A DNA stretch of 63,207 nucleotides, counting the filler, from Octopus bimaculoides (taxonomy: Eukaryota): NCBI RefSeq assembly GCF_001194135.2. It is 8 parts of 7 records of this genome, joined end to end, with 100 filler letters (N's around TTAATTAATTAA, not from the genome) between each part and the next. Parts side by side here need not be neighbours in the genome. Positions count along the whole stretch, not along the records: positions 14,158 to 41,354 come from NC_068988.1; 7 more parts are not named here. One strand, written 5' to 3'. The notes under the pieces are model-generated. The model saw only the letters and a program-made list of their open reading frames with translations, was not told the DNA's origin and did not search any database. Position 1 is the first letter of the stretch. Every line of letters begins with the position of its first letter. The translations under genes and the position numbers were made by a program. Shown here in pieces: positions 26,583 through 40,785 of this stretch.

Positions 26583-27044
26583 GTGTGTGTGCGTTTGTGT
26601 TTGTGTGTGCATGTGTGTGTGTGCGAGCGTGTCTGTGTTTGTATGTGTGCAAATAGGGGATAGCTTTTCTTTCGATTATATCGTAATTAGAAGTACATCC
26701 GGCGGAACACCTAGTCAGCACGCCATTAATGATGTTTCATTTGAAATTAAAGCGAGTGGGATCCAGAGACGCTAAATTACTGTACAAACGGACGTTATTC
26801 TTCCAAAACAAACCTAAAGGACAAAAAAGTACATTTGAAGCATCCTTCTTAAATTAAATCAAACTTTAACAAACTGTTTTCTAGACACACATATAATCAA
26901 TATATATATATAGACAAAACAATATTTCACACACGCACACACGACTATATACGTCTATATATTTATCTATCTGTCAGTCTATTTGTCTATCTATCTACCT
27001 ATCTATATATGTAACTACCTATCTATCAATCAATCAATCACTCA

Positions 27045-27080
<36 letters not shown>

Positions 27081-28015
27081 GTCTGTCTGTCTGTATGTCT
27101 GTCTGTCAGTCTGTCTATCTTCCTATCTATCCATCTATCTCATACTCTCACTCTGTATGTATATATCTATCTGTTTCTCTCACTCTGTCTCTCTCACTCT
27201 CTCTCTCTCTCGCTATATATATATACATACATACATACATACATACATACATACCTACATACATACATACATACATATACGCATACGGACACATTCACAA
27301 GAACATGATGGTGTATGTAGCTTAATACGACGACTACAGAATAAATGTCTATAGCAGGGTTAGGTGGACTTTTGGGACATTTCCTATCAAGTTGTCTAGT
27401 TGGTTTAATATAAAAAATACATTCTAGACGTCTAGTATAATGAGGTCAAAAGATATTGATCCCATTTGTCTTATTAAGCTATCATCACCAAAATATAATG
27501 GCCATTTAAATAATTGAAAGCTCTCAATGATGTAACTGAGGTCCTTTGAATTTGTGACTGTTTGTGTATATACGCACATAGATAATGCACACGTGATACA
27601 CCCAGTCAACACTCATCCACTTAAACATAGAGATACATCTATATTTATAGATGTAAGTATACTTATATATGTATGAATATATAAACATAAGTATGCAGAG
27701 GTGTGTACGTGTCTGTGTCTATGTCTTATTCTCCCACGATGAAAGTGGTATGCTTATGTTTCTGCTTTGAGTAAATAGGCGTACGCACACATAATACACA
27801 CTTATATGGCCTTTTATATAGAAATATGCAAATAGAAATGTCAGTGTGTATAGATGCGATTATAGATGTGAAAATGCATGCATACATACATACGAAAACG
27901 AATATATATANNNNNNNNNNNNNNNNNNNNNNNNNNNNNNNNTATATATATATATATATTGATAGAAAGGACAACAAAAGAAAGAGACCTCGATATTATG
28001 TAAATAGAGGAACTT

Positions 28016-28178
28016 ATCTGTACAAATATGTGATACTTATTCGGTAGCCATGATAAAACTCCGAGTTTCGGATGCCGGGGTGGGAACCCACGCCGCTATC
28101 TCTTCAGTTCCCACCCCGGCCTCCGAAACTCGGAGTTTTATCATGGCTACCGAATAAGTGTGACATATTTTTACAGAT
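28016..28178. repeat. Near-perfect palindrome (72-bp arms, 19-nt loop), probable MITE
   Basis: 28016-28087 is the reverse complement of 28107-28178 with about 4 mismatches. TA dinucleotides lie at both ends. Confidence 0.9.
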
Positions 28179-28316
28179 ATATATATGTGTGTGTGTGTAT
28201 GTGTCTGTGTGTATCTGTGTGTGTGTGTGTGTATGTGTGTGTGTATATGTAAATATATGTATATATATATGTCATCTCGCCCCTCCTTAATTATGATTAC
28301 ATTTATATATATATAC

Positions 28317-28364
<48 letters not shown>

Positions 28365-28366
<2 letters not shown>

Positions 28367-28765
28367 TGACCGAATGCAAAGAATCTTGCTTCCCAACCAG
28401 ATGTTTCCAGGTTCAGTCCCACTGCGTGAGACCTTGCCTGAGTGCCTTCTACCATAGCCTCGAACCGACCATAGACTTCTCAGTGGTGTTAGTAGACAGA
28501 AACTAATGGAAGCCTGCCGTATATATGTAAATATCTATGTGTGTATGTCCTTCTGCCTGGGCTTGTCTCCTACAAACGCTTGACAACAGGTGCTGCTGTT
28601 TCTACTTCCCCGTAACTTAGCGGTTCAACCAAAGAGCATAATTAGAATAAGTACCAGGCTTCTAAAAATAGTACTAGGGTCGATTAATGAATCGACCTAA
28701 AATTCTCCAAAGCGGTGCTCCAAAACGGCTGCAATCTAATGCCGGTCAGAAGTAGAAGATAAATA
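28365..28765 (+). mobile_element. SINE family B, near full length
   Basis: ccaggttcagtcccactgcg...aataagtaccaggct...aagcggtgctccaaaacggctgcaatctaatg. Confidence 0.8.
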
Positions 28766-30192
28766 TGTGTGTGTGTCTGTGTGTGTATGTGTGTGTGTCT
28801 GTGTGTGTGTGTGCGCGCGTACGTGCGTGTGTGTGTGTGTATTTGTATCAAACTGTATTAAAAACAATTTTACATCAAACTAAAGGATTACTCAATGCTT
28901 TTTTTTAATTGCTTATTTATTATTCTTTAATTTCCAGTGATTTCGAAGTTTCCGTCTGCTTATCATTCTCCAGACAGTCCCATAAAGAGCATGCAAGCTG
29001 CAACTTCGAAGACAGCGTGAATTCTACGCTTTGAAATATTAATACATGCATGTTTCAGTGTGCACGCGCGCGCGCGCGCGTGTGTATGCAAATATGCAGA
29101 TTCCTATACTAAAGTACAACGCACTGCAGAATTAGGCACTTTTTTTTCCGTTTTGACACGAGAAACGAGAAGTGAGAAACTCACTAATAGATTTCCTTAC
29201 TTTTATATAAGTTTCTCTAATAAATATTGCTAGATTTTCGTTTTCCGTCATCAACACAGACAGAATTTTAATGATTTGATAATAAATCGTGGGCAGCATG
29301 CTGTAGATCATCTTTAAACTGATTGCCATTTTTTCCGTTACATTTATTTTCCTTACCTCTTTTCATTCTAAATTATGCCAGTTATCATTGGCCAAAATAT
29401 GCGTATGAAGCTTTTACTACATTGATGAGGGTAATTAGACTAAAATATATATCCGTAAATCTAACTTCCTACTGATCATAGATCGGTCATTTCCTTTCCT
29501 TAACGACACAGAATAAACTGAAAACTATCTTCTTGATGTCATTCAGCGAGTCTTTGAGCATCGTTAATAATTGCACTAGCTGTTTGTTTTCTCATCGTTT
29601 TCTTGTTTTTTTTTTTTCTTTTTCCTGTCTGCAACTCTGAGAGAGTTCTCAATAAATTAAGAATTTATTGCTTACGCATTCAATACATCACACTTCAACT
29701 TAAAATACGCACACACACACAAACAAACAAACACATGCACATATACATACACACACAAACGCACATCTATGTGAATGAATGTATGTCTATATTTGAACGA
29801 TATTAAACATTACATAATTACACTTGTATAAACATCAATTTCAGATTGGAAAAGCAACAAATACACTGACAGACAAGAACACATTTGAAGATAAAATCGA
29901 AGAGTATTTTAATAAGAAGAGAATCATTTATATCTAATTTGAGAGAGAAATTATCACAAACTCAATATACCGTAATCGGTTTCTATAGGTATGATGATTT
30001 AATGTCACCAATATTAAATAACTTGTGCACTTGTGTAGTGAATTTGTATTTTATCATTATTGTTATTATTGATATAGTTTTTGTTATTATTATTATTATT
30101 ATTAATAATATTACTATTATTATCATGATCATTATGATCATCGTCATTATTATTATTATTATTACTATTATTATTATTATTATTATTATTAT

Positions 30193-30258
<66 letters not shown>

Positions 30259-30714
30259 CAGCAGCAGTAGAAGCAGTAGTGGTAGTAGATGTATGCTAAA
30301 CATGTGAAATATGTTTGTATATATAAATTAATATTAAATATATGAGAAAATTTCCAAATGTTTATAAATATATAAATGCATGATTACAGGCATATGTATT
30401 TTTGCGTGTGTGTGTGTGTGTGTGTTTAAGTACGTATGTGTATGAAGGGATATATATATATANNNNNNNNNNNNNNNNNNNNNNNNNNNNNNNNNNNNNN
30501 NNNNNNNNNNNNNNNNNNNNNNNNNNNNNNNNNNNNNNNNNNNNNNNNNNNNNNNNNNNNNNNNNNNNNNNNNNNNNNNNNNNNNNNNNNNNNNNNNNNN
30601 NNNNNNNNNNNNNNNNNNNNNNNNNNNNNNNNNNNNNNNNNNNNNNNNNNNNNNNNNNNNNNNNNNNNNNNNNNNNNNNNNNNNNNNNNNNNNNNNNNNN
30701 NNNNNNNNNNNNNN

Positions 30715-30757
<43 letters not shown>

Positions 30758-31170
30758 CATGTGTAAATATATATGCATTGCGTGTTAGCGTTCATACTTA
30801 GTCACGTACAAACAGTACTCGTACATATAAACACGCACAAACTCCAAAGCTCAGATCTAGGAAGCAATTTCATGTACATCAAACGATATGATGCAATAAT
30901 TTTTTTCGCTCTTTGTTGAATCAACTTTCCAAATTGTAAATATAACACCAATGAATGGATATGTCATTCAAAGAATTAATTCCACTTTATATAATGATAA
31001 CTCAAACATTAGAAAATCAATTCAGCTTTCTTATTTCTTATATTCTATAATTAATTTGACAGCAATTTAGGATTAAATAACTGAAATCTGTTAAGTAGAA
31101 AACGTGATAAATTAGCGCATTACTTTCTTTACCTACACATTAAGTCATTATAAAATTGATAGTTTTTAAA

Positions 31171-31202
<32 letters not shown>

Positions 31203-31204
<2 letters not shown>

Positions 31205-31680
31205 TTCTGAGGCACGACAACGTTAAGTTTGTTCACTGGATATCGTGCTAGAAGTTCGGTTTTGGAGTAACACGGAAATGGTACGAACGTGAATCAGAAG
31301 GCATCACAGAAAATAATGAATATTAGATTTTGTAGAATTTTACAATCCAGTATGATTTCCTAATAGATGATCGAAGACCAGACATTGCTGAAGTAGATAA
31401 AAGGGGAAAATGAAACTAAGATTATAGATATTGTCATACCGAGGCCGCACGTGTAATTGACAAAGTGCTGCTGGAAAATGTGGGAAAATGCAAGTTACTA
31501 GAAGACGAAATTACAAGAATGTTGGCAATTAATAGGTTATCTGTCAAACCAGTGGCTGAATAGTCACACGGAGCACTAACAACCATGTAATATCGGAAAA
31601 ATTGGAATTAACTTGAGGATAGAGCATGCTTGAAAAATTGCGAGCATTTTGAATTTGGATATTGGGTGTTGACTATTTTC
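31203..31680 (+). mobile_element. Decayed RLE-type (R4/Dong-like) LINE 3' fragment
   Basis: RHDNVKFVHW...KWYERESEGITENNEY...DRRPDIAEVDK...IIDIVIP: post-CCHC RHD motif and RLE PD..D. Preceded by (AAT)n. Confidence 0.7.
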
Positions 31681-31807
31681 CACTATATTTAACATCTAGG
31701 TTTCAAGTGTTTTAATTCGTGGAAAGAGACAATGTGAAGCCTTTGACAACAAGAAGAAAAAGAAAAAGAACAAGATAGATAGATCGATATATACACATAT
31801 ATATTTG

Positions 31808-31960
31808 TGCAGGAGTGGCTGTGTGGTAAGTTGCTTGCTTACGAACCACATGGTTCCGGGTTCAGTCCCACTGCGTGGCCTCTTCTACTATAGCCTCGAG
31901 CCAACCAAAGCCTTGTGAGTGGATTTGGTAGATGGAAACTGAAAGAAGCCCATCGTATAC
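31808..31960 (+). mobile_element. SINE family B, 5' half
   Basis: gcaggagtggctgtgtggtaag...ggttcagtcccactgcg...gaaagaagccc. Confidence 0.85.
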
Positions 31961-32539
31961 ATATATATATANNNNNNNNNNNNNNNNNNNNNNNNNNNNN
32001 NNNNNNNNNNNNNNNNNNNNNNNNNNNNNNNNNNNNNNNNNNNNNNNNNNNNNNNNNNNNNNNNNNNNNNNNNNNNNNNNNNNNNNNNNNNNNNNNNNNN
32101 NNNNNNNNNNNNNNNNNNNNNNNNNNNNNNNNNNNNNNNNNNNNNNNNNNNNNNNNNNNNNNNNNNNNNNNNNNNNNNNNNNNNNNNNNNNNNNNNNNNN
32201 NNNNNNNNNNNNNNNNNNNNNNNNNNNNNNNNNNNNNNNNNNNNNNNNNNNNNNNNNNNNNNNNNNNNNNNNNNNNNNNNNNNNNNNNNNNNNNNNNNNN
32301 NNNNNNNNNNNNNNNNNNNNNNNNNNNNNNNNNNNNNNNNNNNNNNNNNNNNNNNNNNNNNNNNNNNNNNNNNNNNNNNNNNNNNNNNNNNNNNNNNNNN
32401 NNNNNNNNNNNNNNNNNNNNNNNNNNNNNNNNNNNNNNNNNNNNNNNNNNNNNNNNNNNNNNNNNNNNNNNNNNNNNNNNNNNNNNNNNNNNNNNNNNNN
32501 NNNNNNNNNNNNNNNNNNNNNNNNNNNNNNNNNNNNNNN

Positions 32540-32572
<33 letters not shown>

Positions 32573-32844
32573 TACTCCGGCGTTTCGAAGAAGAAGAAGA
32601 AGAAGAAGAAGAAGAAGAAGAAGAAGAAGAAGAAGAAGAAGAAGAAGAAGGCTCCTGAACCAGAAAGTGCTCAGGGATTTTGGCTTAAAACTCATTCAAG
32701 TATACATTGCCATACACGACTGTGTTTTACCGACTACAAAAAGTGAAACACCAACTTGTATGACCGAAGTAAAGACTGTGCTGGTTCTAAAAGTGAAAGA
32801 AAATCAGTACTCATAGTTCCATACATGTTATTATTACTTTAAGT

Positions 32845-33290
32845 TTTAAGTCGGCGAGCTGGCAGGAATCGTTAGCACGCCGGGCGTAAAGCTTTTCGCT
32901 GTTTTGCCTGTTTTTTACGTTCTGAGTTCAAATTCCGCCGAGGTCTTCTTTGCTTTTTGTCCTTTCGTGGTTGATAAATTAAGTACCATTTTAATACTGG
33001 TATCGATCTAATCGACCTACCAAATTTCAGGCTTTGTATCTTACTTCATGATTTGTGTTTTATTACTTCAAGATTTAAGACGGCGTGCGGGCAGAATCGG
33101 TAGCACGCCGAGTGAAATGCTTAGTGGCATTTCATCCGTCTTTATGTTCTTAGTTCAAATTCCACTGAGGTCGACTTTGCCTTTCATCCTTTCTGGGTCG
33201 ATAAAAAAAGTTCCAGTTGGGCACAAGGGTCGATACAATAGACTTATGCCCACCCCCAAAATTTATAGCCGTGTACCAAAATTTAAAACC
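32845..33290 (+). mobile_element. Two adjacent SINE family A copies
   Basis: Heads ggcgagctggcaggaatcgttagcacgccggg (32851) and ggcgtgcgggcagaatcggtagcacgccg (33081). Confidence 0.85.
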
Positions 33291-35046
33291 AATATTAGTT
33301 TAAGAATTTTTAAATGGTCTCTTAGCAAATTAAGTGTATAGATTACTGGAGAAGGAGAGTCTATTGCCGAAAAAGCAAAGTGAGGTTAAAATGGTAGTCA
33401 GTTGGTACTGGTGATCTGCCGTATATTAAATGTAGGATGCCAAATGAANNNNNNNNNNNNNNNNNNNNNNNNNNNNNNNNNNNNNNNNNNNCTTTATGTT
33501 CTTAGTTCAAATTCCACTGAGGTCGACTTTGCCTTTCATCCTTTCTGGGTCGATAAAAAAAGTTCCAGTTGGGCACAAGGGTCGATACAATAGACTTATG
33601 CCCACCCCCAAAATTTATAGCCGTGTACCAAAATTTAAAACCAATATTAGTTTAAGAATTTTTAAATGGTCTCTTAGCAAATTAAGTGTATAGATTACTG
33701 GAGAAGGAGAGTCTATTGCCGAAAAAGCAAAGTGAGGTTAAAATGGTAGTCAGTTGGTACTGGTGATCTGCCGTATATTAAATGTAGGATGCCAAATGAA
33801 TTACGATTAAGAATTTAGTTGTTACCTGGATAGACTTCATGAAGGCTTCTGACAATCTTCCACACTACTGGTTCTTTAAATGAATAGTGAGAACATAGCT
33901 TTAAAAAAGCAATGAGATTATGGCAAGTGCAGCACTTTTTCAAGGTCACCTTAACAGCATTCCAGGGTCGCGAGCAAATCGATGCCCTGGGCCCTTTAGC
34001 ATTAATTTATTGGCAATAAGTGACAAGACATATGGATTAAAACTTGACCCCTAGACTTGTGAGGCCCGGGGCAACCTTATGACAGCAGTGCACATGTGTG
34101 CAGATTAATTGTTATGAAACGTGAAATGCACAGGAAGATATTCTACGAAGGCTCCCTCTCTCTTCATTGCTCTAGGTGAAAGGTTCTCAACGGGAGCCAT
34201 GTGCCCTCCCTACCTCCTGGGCATATGAGTAAGTGGAGACGTTTTGGAACAAAGCGTTTTGGAGCGACACCAAGCAAATTCCTGGTACCAAGTGTAATTG
34301 GGATCGCTAAAAACAAAAGCTAAAAACAGATGAATAGTGACAGACGAAAAAATGAATTAAAGAGAAAAACTGAATGAGTGTGTACGTGTGTGTTTGTGTG
34401 CAAATACATAAAGAATGGAGGTCATCAACAACAAATTTGAATACCGTACCGTCTCAGAATGCTGGTTATTTATTTTTTGGTTGAAAATATGTCTTGTTAT
34501 TACTAAAAATGTATGAAGGGGTACTGAAAATTTCCTGGCTTTTGGTAAAAGAAAATGGTTTTATTCAACATGTTCCTCTCTGAGAGTCGGACAGTTATTA
34601 CAGCAGTCGCTGAGTTTTTCTAACTCCTGTAAAAGAACTCGGAAGGTTGGGCCTCCAACCAGGCCTTTCGCAATATCCTTAAAGCTAAGATCACTCCAGC
34701 ATCCTCTCGTACACTGTGATTTATATAAGAACCTACATTTAGTCTTCAACAAATACTGTATTTTATTTATTTTACTTTCTTTGAAGTACCTATATGAAGA
34801 CAATTTTGTCTCGGTCGACTTCCCCTATAGAGTTTCGAATCACATACTGTTATTCTTATCAACCCAGTGAGATATGAAGAGATAAAATCGACAGTGACTG
34901 GTTTCAAAACCAGAGGGTTATGCTATGTATGTAGATACAAAAATTTTGAGTGCCCCAGCCCCTGCGAGTGTTTCTCTCATCCATCACTCTAACTTGGTAA
35001 AAAAAAACAACTATTACTACTATCACCACCACCACCGCTACCACTA

Positions 35047-35094
<48 letters not shown>

Positions 35095-35943
35095 NNNNNN
35101 NNNNNNNNNNNNNNNNNNNNNNNNNNNNNNNNNNNNNNNNNNNNNNNNNNNNNNNNNNNNNNNNNNNNNNNNNNNNNNNNNNNNNNNNNNNNNNNNNNNN
35201 NNNNNNNNNNNNNNNNNNNNNNNNNNNNNNNNNNNNNNNNNNNNNNNNNNNNNNNNNNNNNNNNNNNNNNNNNNNNNNNNNNNNNNNNNNNNNNNNNNNN
35301 NNNNNNNNNNNNNNNNNNNNNNNNNNNNNNNNNNNNNNNNNNNNNNNNNNNNNNNNNNNNNNNNNNNNNNNNNNNNNNNNNNNNNNNNNNNNNNNNNNNN
35401 GGTGGTGGTGGTGGTGGTGGTGGTGGTGGTGGTGGTAGTGGTGGTGGCTGTGATATTAGTAGTAGTAGTAGTAGCAAAACAATTAGGAAGTTTCACTATT
35501 ATATGAATTGCTAAATAATTGTTGACAGGTGAATCTAAAAGAATGTTGCATGTCTGTACAAATTTGTCATCTTTCTACTTGTGTTGTCTTCACACTTGTT
35601 AGTTTTCCACATTTGTCTGCTCATTCCCCACCGCCACCACCACCACCAGCTCCACTACTCTCCTCTTGCATATTATGGCTTTAGTGTACTGGTGGTGAGG
35701 ACGAGTAAGTTAGATGTTGGGTGAGGTGTGCCGTTTGCTGGAATCTGATAAAGTTAGACTCATGTCTGAGGAGATTCTTTTGTCCTGGGCTATGTCACTA
35801 TGGTTATTCTTTAAGATTTTTTTCTTTCTTGGTACATTTGCTTTGTGATGAATAATATACTTCTTGAAGAAGTGTGAGAATGAAAATGATGTACCTTGGT
35901 GTGATGTGCGCTTCTCTCACATATTTGAATGCATATCTATATA

Positions 35944-35980
<37 letters not shown>

Positions 35981-36700
35981 NNNNNNNNNNNNNNNNNNNN
36001 NNNNNNNNNNNNNNNNNNNNNNNNNNNNNNNNNNNNNNNNNNNNNNNNNNNNNNNNNNNNNNNNNNNNNNNNNNNNNNNNNNNNNNNNNNNNNNNNNNNN
36101 NNNNNNNNNNNNNNNNNNNNNNNNNNNNNNNNNNNNNNNNNNNNNNNNNNNNNNNNNNNNNNNNNNNNNNNNNNNNNNNNNNNNNNNNNNNNNNNNNNNN
36201 NNNNNNNNNNNNNNNNNNNNNNNNNNNNNNNNNNNNNNNNNNNNNNNNNNNNNNNNNNNNNNNNNNNNNNNNNNNNNNNNNNNNNNNNNNNNNNNNNNNN
36301 NNNNNNNNNNNNNNNNNNNNNNNNNNNNNNNNNNNNNNNNNNNNNNNNNNNNNNNNNNNNNNNNNNNNNNNNNNNNNNNNNNNNNNNNNNNNNNNNNNNN
36401 NNNNNNNNNNNNNNNNNNNNNNNNNNNNNNNNNNNNNNNNNNNNNNNNNNNNNNNNNNNNNNNNNNNNNNNNNNNNNNNNNNNNNNNNNNNNNNNNNACA
36501 CGCACGCGCACGCACACGCACGCACACACACACACACATACACACGACTTTATATTCCAAGACAGCTACTCAAGGTTTCAGAGTTTATTATTATGTGCTA
36601 CTCAATATTTGCGAAGTAGAAAATTCTTCGACCTGAAGTTCATTTTGTGGTTTAGATATGTTTGGATATGTGTATGTATGTGCGAATAAAGGTATGCATC

Positions 36701-36757
<57 letters not shown>

Positions 36758-37959
36758 TTATATATATACACACACACACACATATATATATATATGTTTA
36801 AGTATTATGCATACCTAAATGTGTTTGTGTGTGTGCGTACAAGATAAATTTCCTTGATTTACCAAAACTGCATTTTGAGATGAGGTAAAACAAATATCTG
36901 CTTGTATCAACTGCAACTGACTCCAAAAGAAATGGAATGCATTTGCGAAGAATTCACCATCAATCTTGTTTATTAACATGGCATTAGTGAAAAGCAAACT
37001 GCTTTTTCTGGAGACAAGTGGGGAGCAGCTAACACGTGTGTCAGCCTGAATGGCTCTGATCAACATTTCGTTGAACTACATTAAATACAATCAGAGAAGA
37101 GTTACAGTTATATACAAAAAGAATAGACACCATTTTTAGCCAAGGTTAATTTGCATAATTAAAACAAATCTCAGAGTGACTAGTGGCAAGATTTTGATTA
37201 AATGGGCGAAGAAATGTACACTATATCCTGTACGAGATAAAATCTTGATTTATTACAATTATCTTCACTTCGAGGGAATGTAAACGAACAATGCAAATTA
37301 CAGCCGATTTCAAATGACAAGGCCAAGCAGTCTCCAAGGAATTAACAATCAACCTTCTTCCTGAACTAACTCACTATTAAAAAAGAAATATTTCATTTAC
37401 AGTGAGTTGTAATTATTACTATGTGTTTGTTTAACTTCTCCCCAAGCACGTCAATAATTTATCTTGTATATAATCTGGAATTTCTTTCTTTTTTTGTTCG
37501 TCTTTTTTTACTTACAAATTAATGCAACTCAGAGTTATTACCGTAAGTTTACTTTCGTAATACACACGCACACACATGTATACATATATATATACCTACA
37601 TATGTATACACACAGACACGCAGACACACACACACATATATACATTTATATATGTAAATATATATGTATATGTGTGTATATGTGTGTATATGGGTATAAA
37701 TATATTTCTATATATATATATATATATATATACATATGCGTGTATGTGTGTTTTATTTGAAGATTTCTTGCCAATAGAGAAGGAGCCAGTTTCTAATTTA
37801 GATCCAAGAATTTTCATTAGAATTTCTACATCAGCTACAGGGTATTTTCATTTGTATGCATGCATGCATATATGTATGTATGTATGTATGTATTTGTGCA
37901 GATTTGTATGCTTTACTTTAAGCATGAATGTTCATGCATATACTTGCATATCTAGATAT

Positions 37960-38430
37960 GCTCATATACATTTAAATGATAAACTTCTGGAAAGTTTTAC
38001 AGATTTTTACAGTTCCAGTAATGGATTGGACCTGTAGACTTCGAATTAGCTTTCACCTTTCCGGTTCTGAAAAGCCTAATTTCTCAAGATTGGTATTTAA
38101 GCAGCGTGTTACATATTTCAGGGCCCCAATAATTACAGGTATAAACCTGAACTTGTAATCTCGATAGAGTAACTCCAAATTTCTCAATAGTTCAGTGTAG
38201 GTATTCTCTTTTTCACTGATCTTTAGCTTTATGTTAGCATCCACTGGGCAGCTAATTTTCACAACTGTACACAGTTTCTCTTCTCTATCTCAAATCATTA
38301 TACCAAGTCTGTTGTGCTTAAATTTTATTGAGGTCTTCACTGGGAGATTCCACCTGTACTCTTTATTGAGTGGCTAGGACTTCTACCATACTGCTGGTTA
38401 TTATTTCTTTGTCTTCGGTGTTATCCTTCG
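37960..38430 (-). mobile_element. RLE-type (R4/Dong-like) LINE endonuclease fragment
   Basis: EYRWNLPVKTSIKFKHNRL...KISCPVDANIKLKISEKENTYTELLRNLELLYRDYKFRFIPVIIGAL matches RLE P.D.N...K..EK..KY..L and IPVVIGALG. Confidence 0.8.
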
Positions 38431-39411
38431 GACGGAACTCGTGTGTATGTATGAATCTACTTTCTATCTATCTATCACTATATTGATATTGATATATATA
38501 TATATAGATAGATAGATATAGATATATATAATAAATGAAAAACGTGTTGTAAATATACAAACGATAGGTAAAAAACGTATAACGTATACTGTGTGTTCAA
38601 CGGCACGGGAGACAGACACAAGTTCTCTAAATCTGCATCAATTATCAACCAAATGTCGTGCACCATTAATGATAAGACTAAGAACTTCCGATGCTGGTGA
38701 TGCCCGCGAAAGTTGCGGAGAATATAGGGCCGAGAGCAAACAACAAGACAGAGTGGACATACGAAAATGAATATATGTAATTTAAGACGATGGACAAAGG
38801 CGAAATAAATGAGAAACGAGCAAAATATAGTCTCAGGGCCAAAAGGACGAGAATAGTGGGCAATGCTTAGCGGGTATCCTAAACGATTAAAAAGCAGCAA
38901 ATAGCAAGACAGTGAGACAGAGGGAATTTATGACCGGCCAGCTCAGCAACCGGTGTGAAGAAGGGAGAGAAAGAAGGGAAAACTGGCCATGAGTCACGTG
39001 TCAACAGCAGGCAGTGGAAAAGGAGGGCAAGAGAGAGGGAGAGTGAGAGCCACAGAGAGAAAACAAGGGTAGGAATGAAGGGGGAAGGAGAAAGGAGAAA
39101 GGCTAGACATAGAAGTAAGAGGGAGAGAGAGAGAGAAATCGAGAAAGAGCGAAGGCAAGAAATAGAGTCGCACGGATATTAATAAAAGTCGGGGCGCGTT
39201 GCGTTCAGTTATTTAATAAATGAAAAAATGTATTGTAACTATACAAACGATAGGTACCTTCTCTTTGAAACACTACTGTATATGTAGTTAAATCTTTTAT
39301 GAATAAACATTTATCCTACCAATAAATCATCCTTAGATCCTGCATTTCATAACACACACAAAACACATGCATATATATGTATTTATAAATACATATGTAT
39401 ATACATTTACA

Positions 39412-39468
<57 letters not shown>

Positions 39469-39640
39469 TCATTGTGTCTAACTAAAAGAATAATTGATAG
39501 TAACATACGTGGGTTTGCGTGTCATTGTATGTAAACGTGCGCCTGCATACATGCGTTCACACTCACAAACTTTCACCTACACATGCACATAAATAGAAAT
39601 GCACACAGATAGAAATACGCATACACATACACTCGCACAT

Positions 39641-39676
<36 letters not shown>

Positions 39677-39890
39677 GAAAACGCGCATGTGTGAGCAAAC
39701 AGTGTATGTTTTTATAATGTGGTTGTATGCTTTGTGTAAAATGGTAGGTGTGGTGACTGTAGCTGTAGTGATGAGGGCTGAAGATAAATTTAAAAAGATA
39801 TGACAGGAGGAAATGTGATTAGTGCTTATGGTTATAGTGGTTGTGATAATAGTTGTGACAAAAATATGCAGTTTAAGGGTATATTTGTAG

Positions 39891-39958
39891 AAAGATCTGG
39901 AATGCAAGCGATGCCGATGTATCTGCGAAGTGGAAGAACACGCGACTTAATGAATATG
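39891..39958 (+). CDS. Candidate exon ((R)KIWNASDADVSAKWKNTRLNEY)
   Basis: tatttgtag|AAAGATC...GAATATG|gtatgt. CpG-rich 68-nt block in low-complexity flanks, open for phase-2 entry (also open for phase-1 entry). The pyrimidine tract is weak. Confidence 0.3.
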
Positions 39959-40429
39959 GTATGTAAGTAGAGTGAAAAGAAGATATTTTGATGTAGAAGG
40001 CGAGGAGTATAAAATTATGGAGGTGGTGAAAGTCAACAGGCGAAAGCGCGGATTATTTNNNNNNNNNNTCCGCAAGATCAGCTCTAATCCGTTCAGCATA
40101 CCTAAGATAAATTTCTTCTTTAGCCACGGTGACATCATGTCAGTTTCAGTTTTTATAGTAAAACAATTCAATGTGTCCGTCGCTTTTAGATTATGAGTTA
40201 TTACTTTTGAAAGCAATTGGCTGGTTCTCTAGTGAGGCCTAGTATCGAATATAAGCATATGAGCCCTCTTATTGTCTCGTGGTACCGGTGGTAGTATTAT
40301 TTGTACACATATTTGTGCTTGTTGTAGTAGGGATACTTGTGGCGAATGTCAAGAGGAACAGACATGTCCCCTTGTACATTAATAAATGCATCGTTAAATT
40401 TAAAAGAAAATTAGCTTAATTTCGTAAGA

Positions 40430-40785
40430 ATCTTCTTTGCCAGATACCTTGTTCCGGGTTCAATCTCACTGCGTGACATATTGGTCAAGTGTTTTCGACC
40501 AAAGCATTTTGTGTCGATTTGGAAGACGGAAATAGACCCCTCCTATATACGTGTTTATATGTTTGTTTGTGTGTGTGTGTGTGTTTGTTTATCACTGTAT
40601 TTGTCACCGAACACTGCTTGACAACCGGTGTTGGAGTGTTTACGCTCTCGTAACCTAGCGGATCGGACTAAAAAGATGATACTCGTTGACTAAGAACTGA
40701 AGTCGATTCCTTCGAATAAAATTCAAGGTGGTGCCCCAGCATGGCCGCAGTCTAATGACTGAAACAAGTAAAAGAGATAAAATAT
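40430..40785 (+). mobile_element. SINE family B, decayed
   Basis: gggttcaatctcactgcg...gcttgacaaccggtg...aggtggtgccccagcatggccgcagtctaatgactgaaacaagtaaaag. Confidence 0.8.

Noticed and set aside
28939-29035. Alternative phase-2 acceptor exon for the plus-strand candidate gene (SDFEVSVCLSF...STL*)
   Set aside because: Good acceptor but no strong donor and no support. Kept only as an alternative ending to test with RNA-seq.
33140-33800. Exact 309-bp direct duplication (33140-33448 and 33492-33800)
   Set aside because: The identical copies sit on either side of a short N gap, which is typical of unmerged overlapping contig ends.
37149-37298. Two POU octamer motifs (ATTTGCAT, ATGCAAAT) 140 bp apart
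   Set aside because: The 8-mer is AT-rich and recurs elsewhere in the window (near 27826 and 29086), so it is expected by chance.
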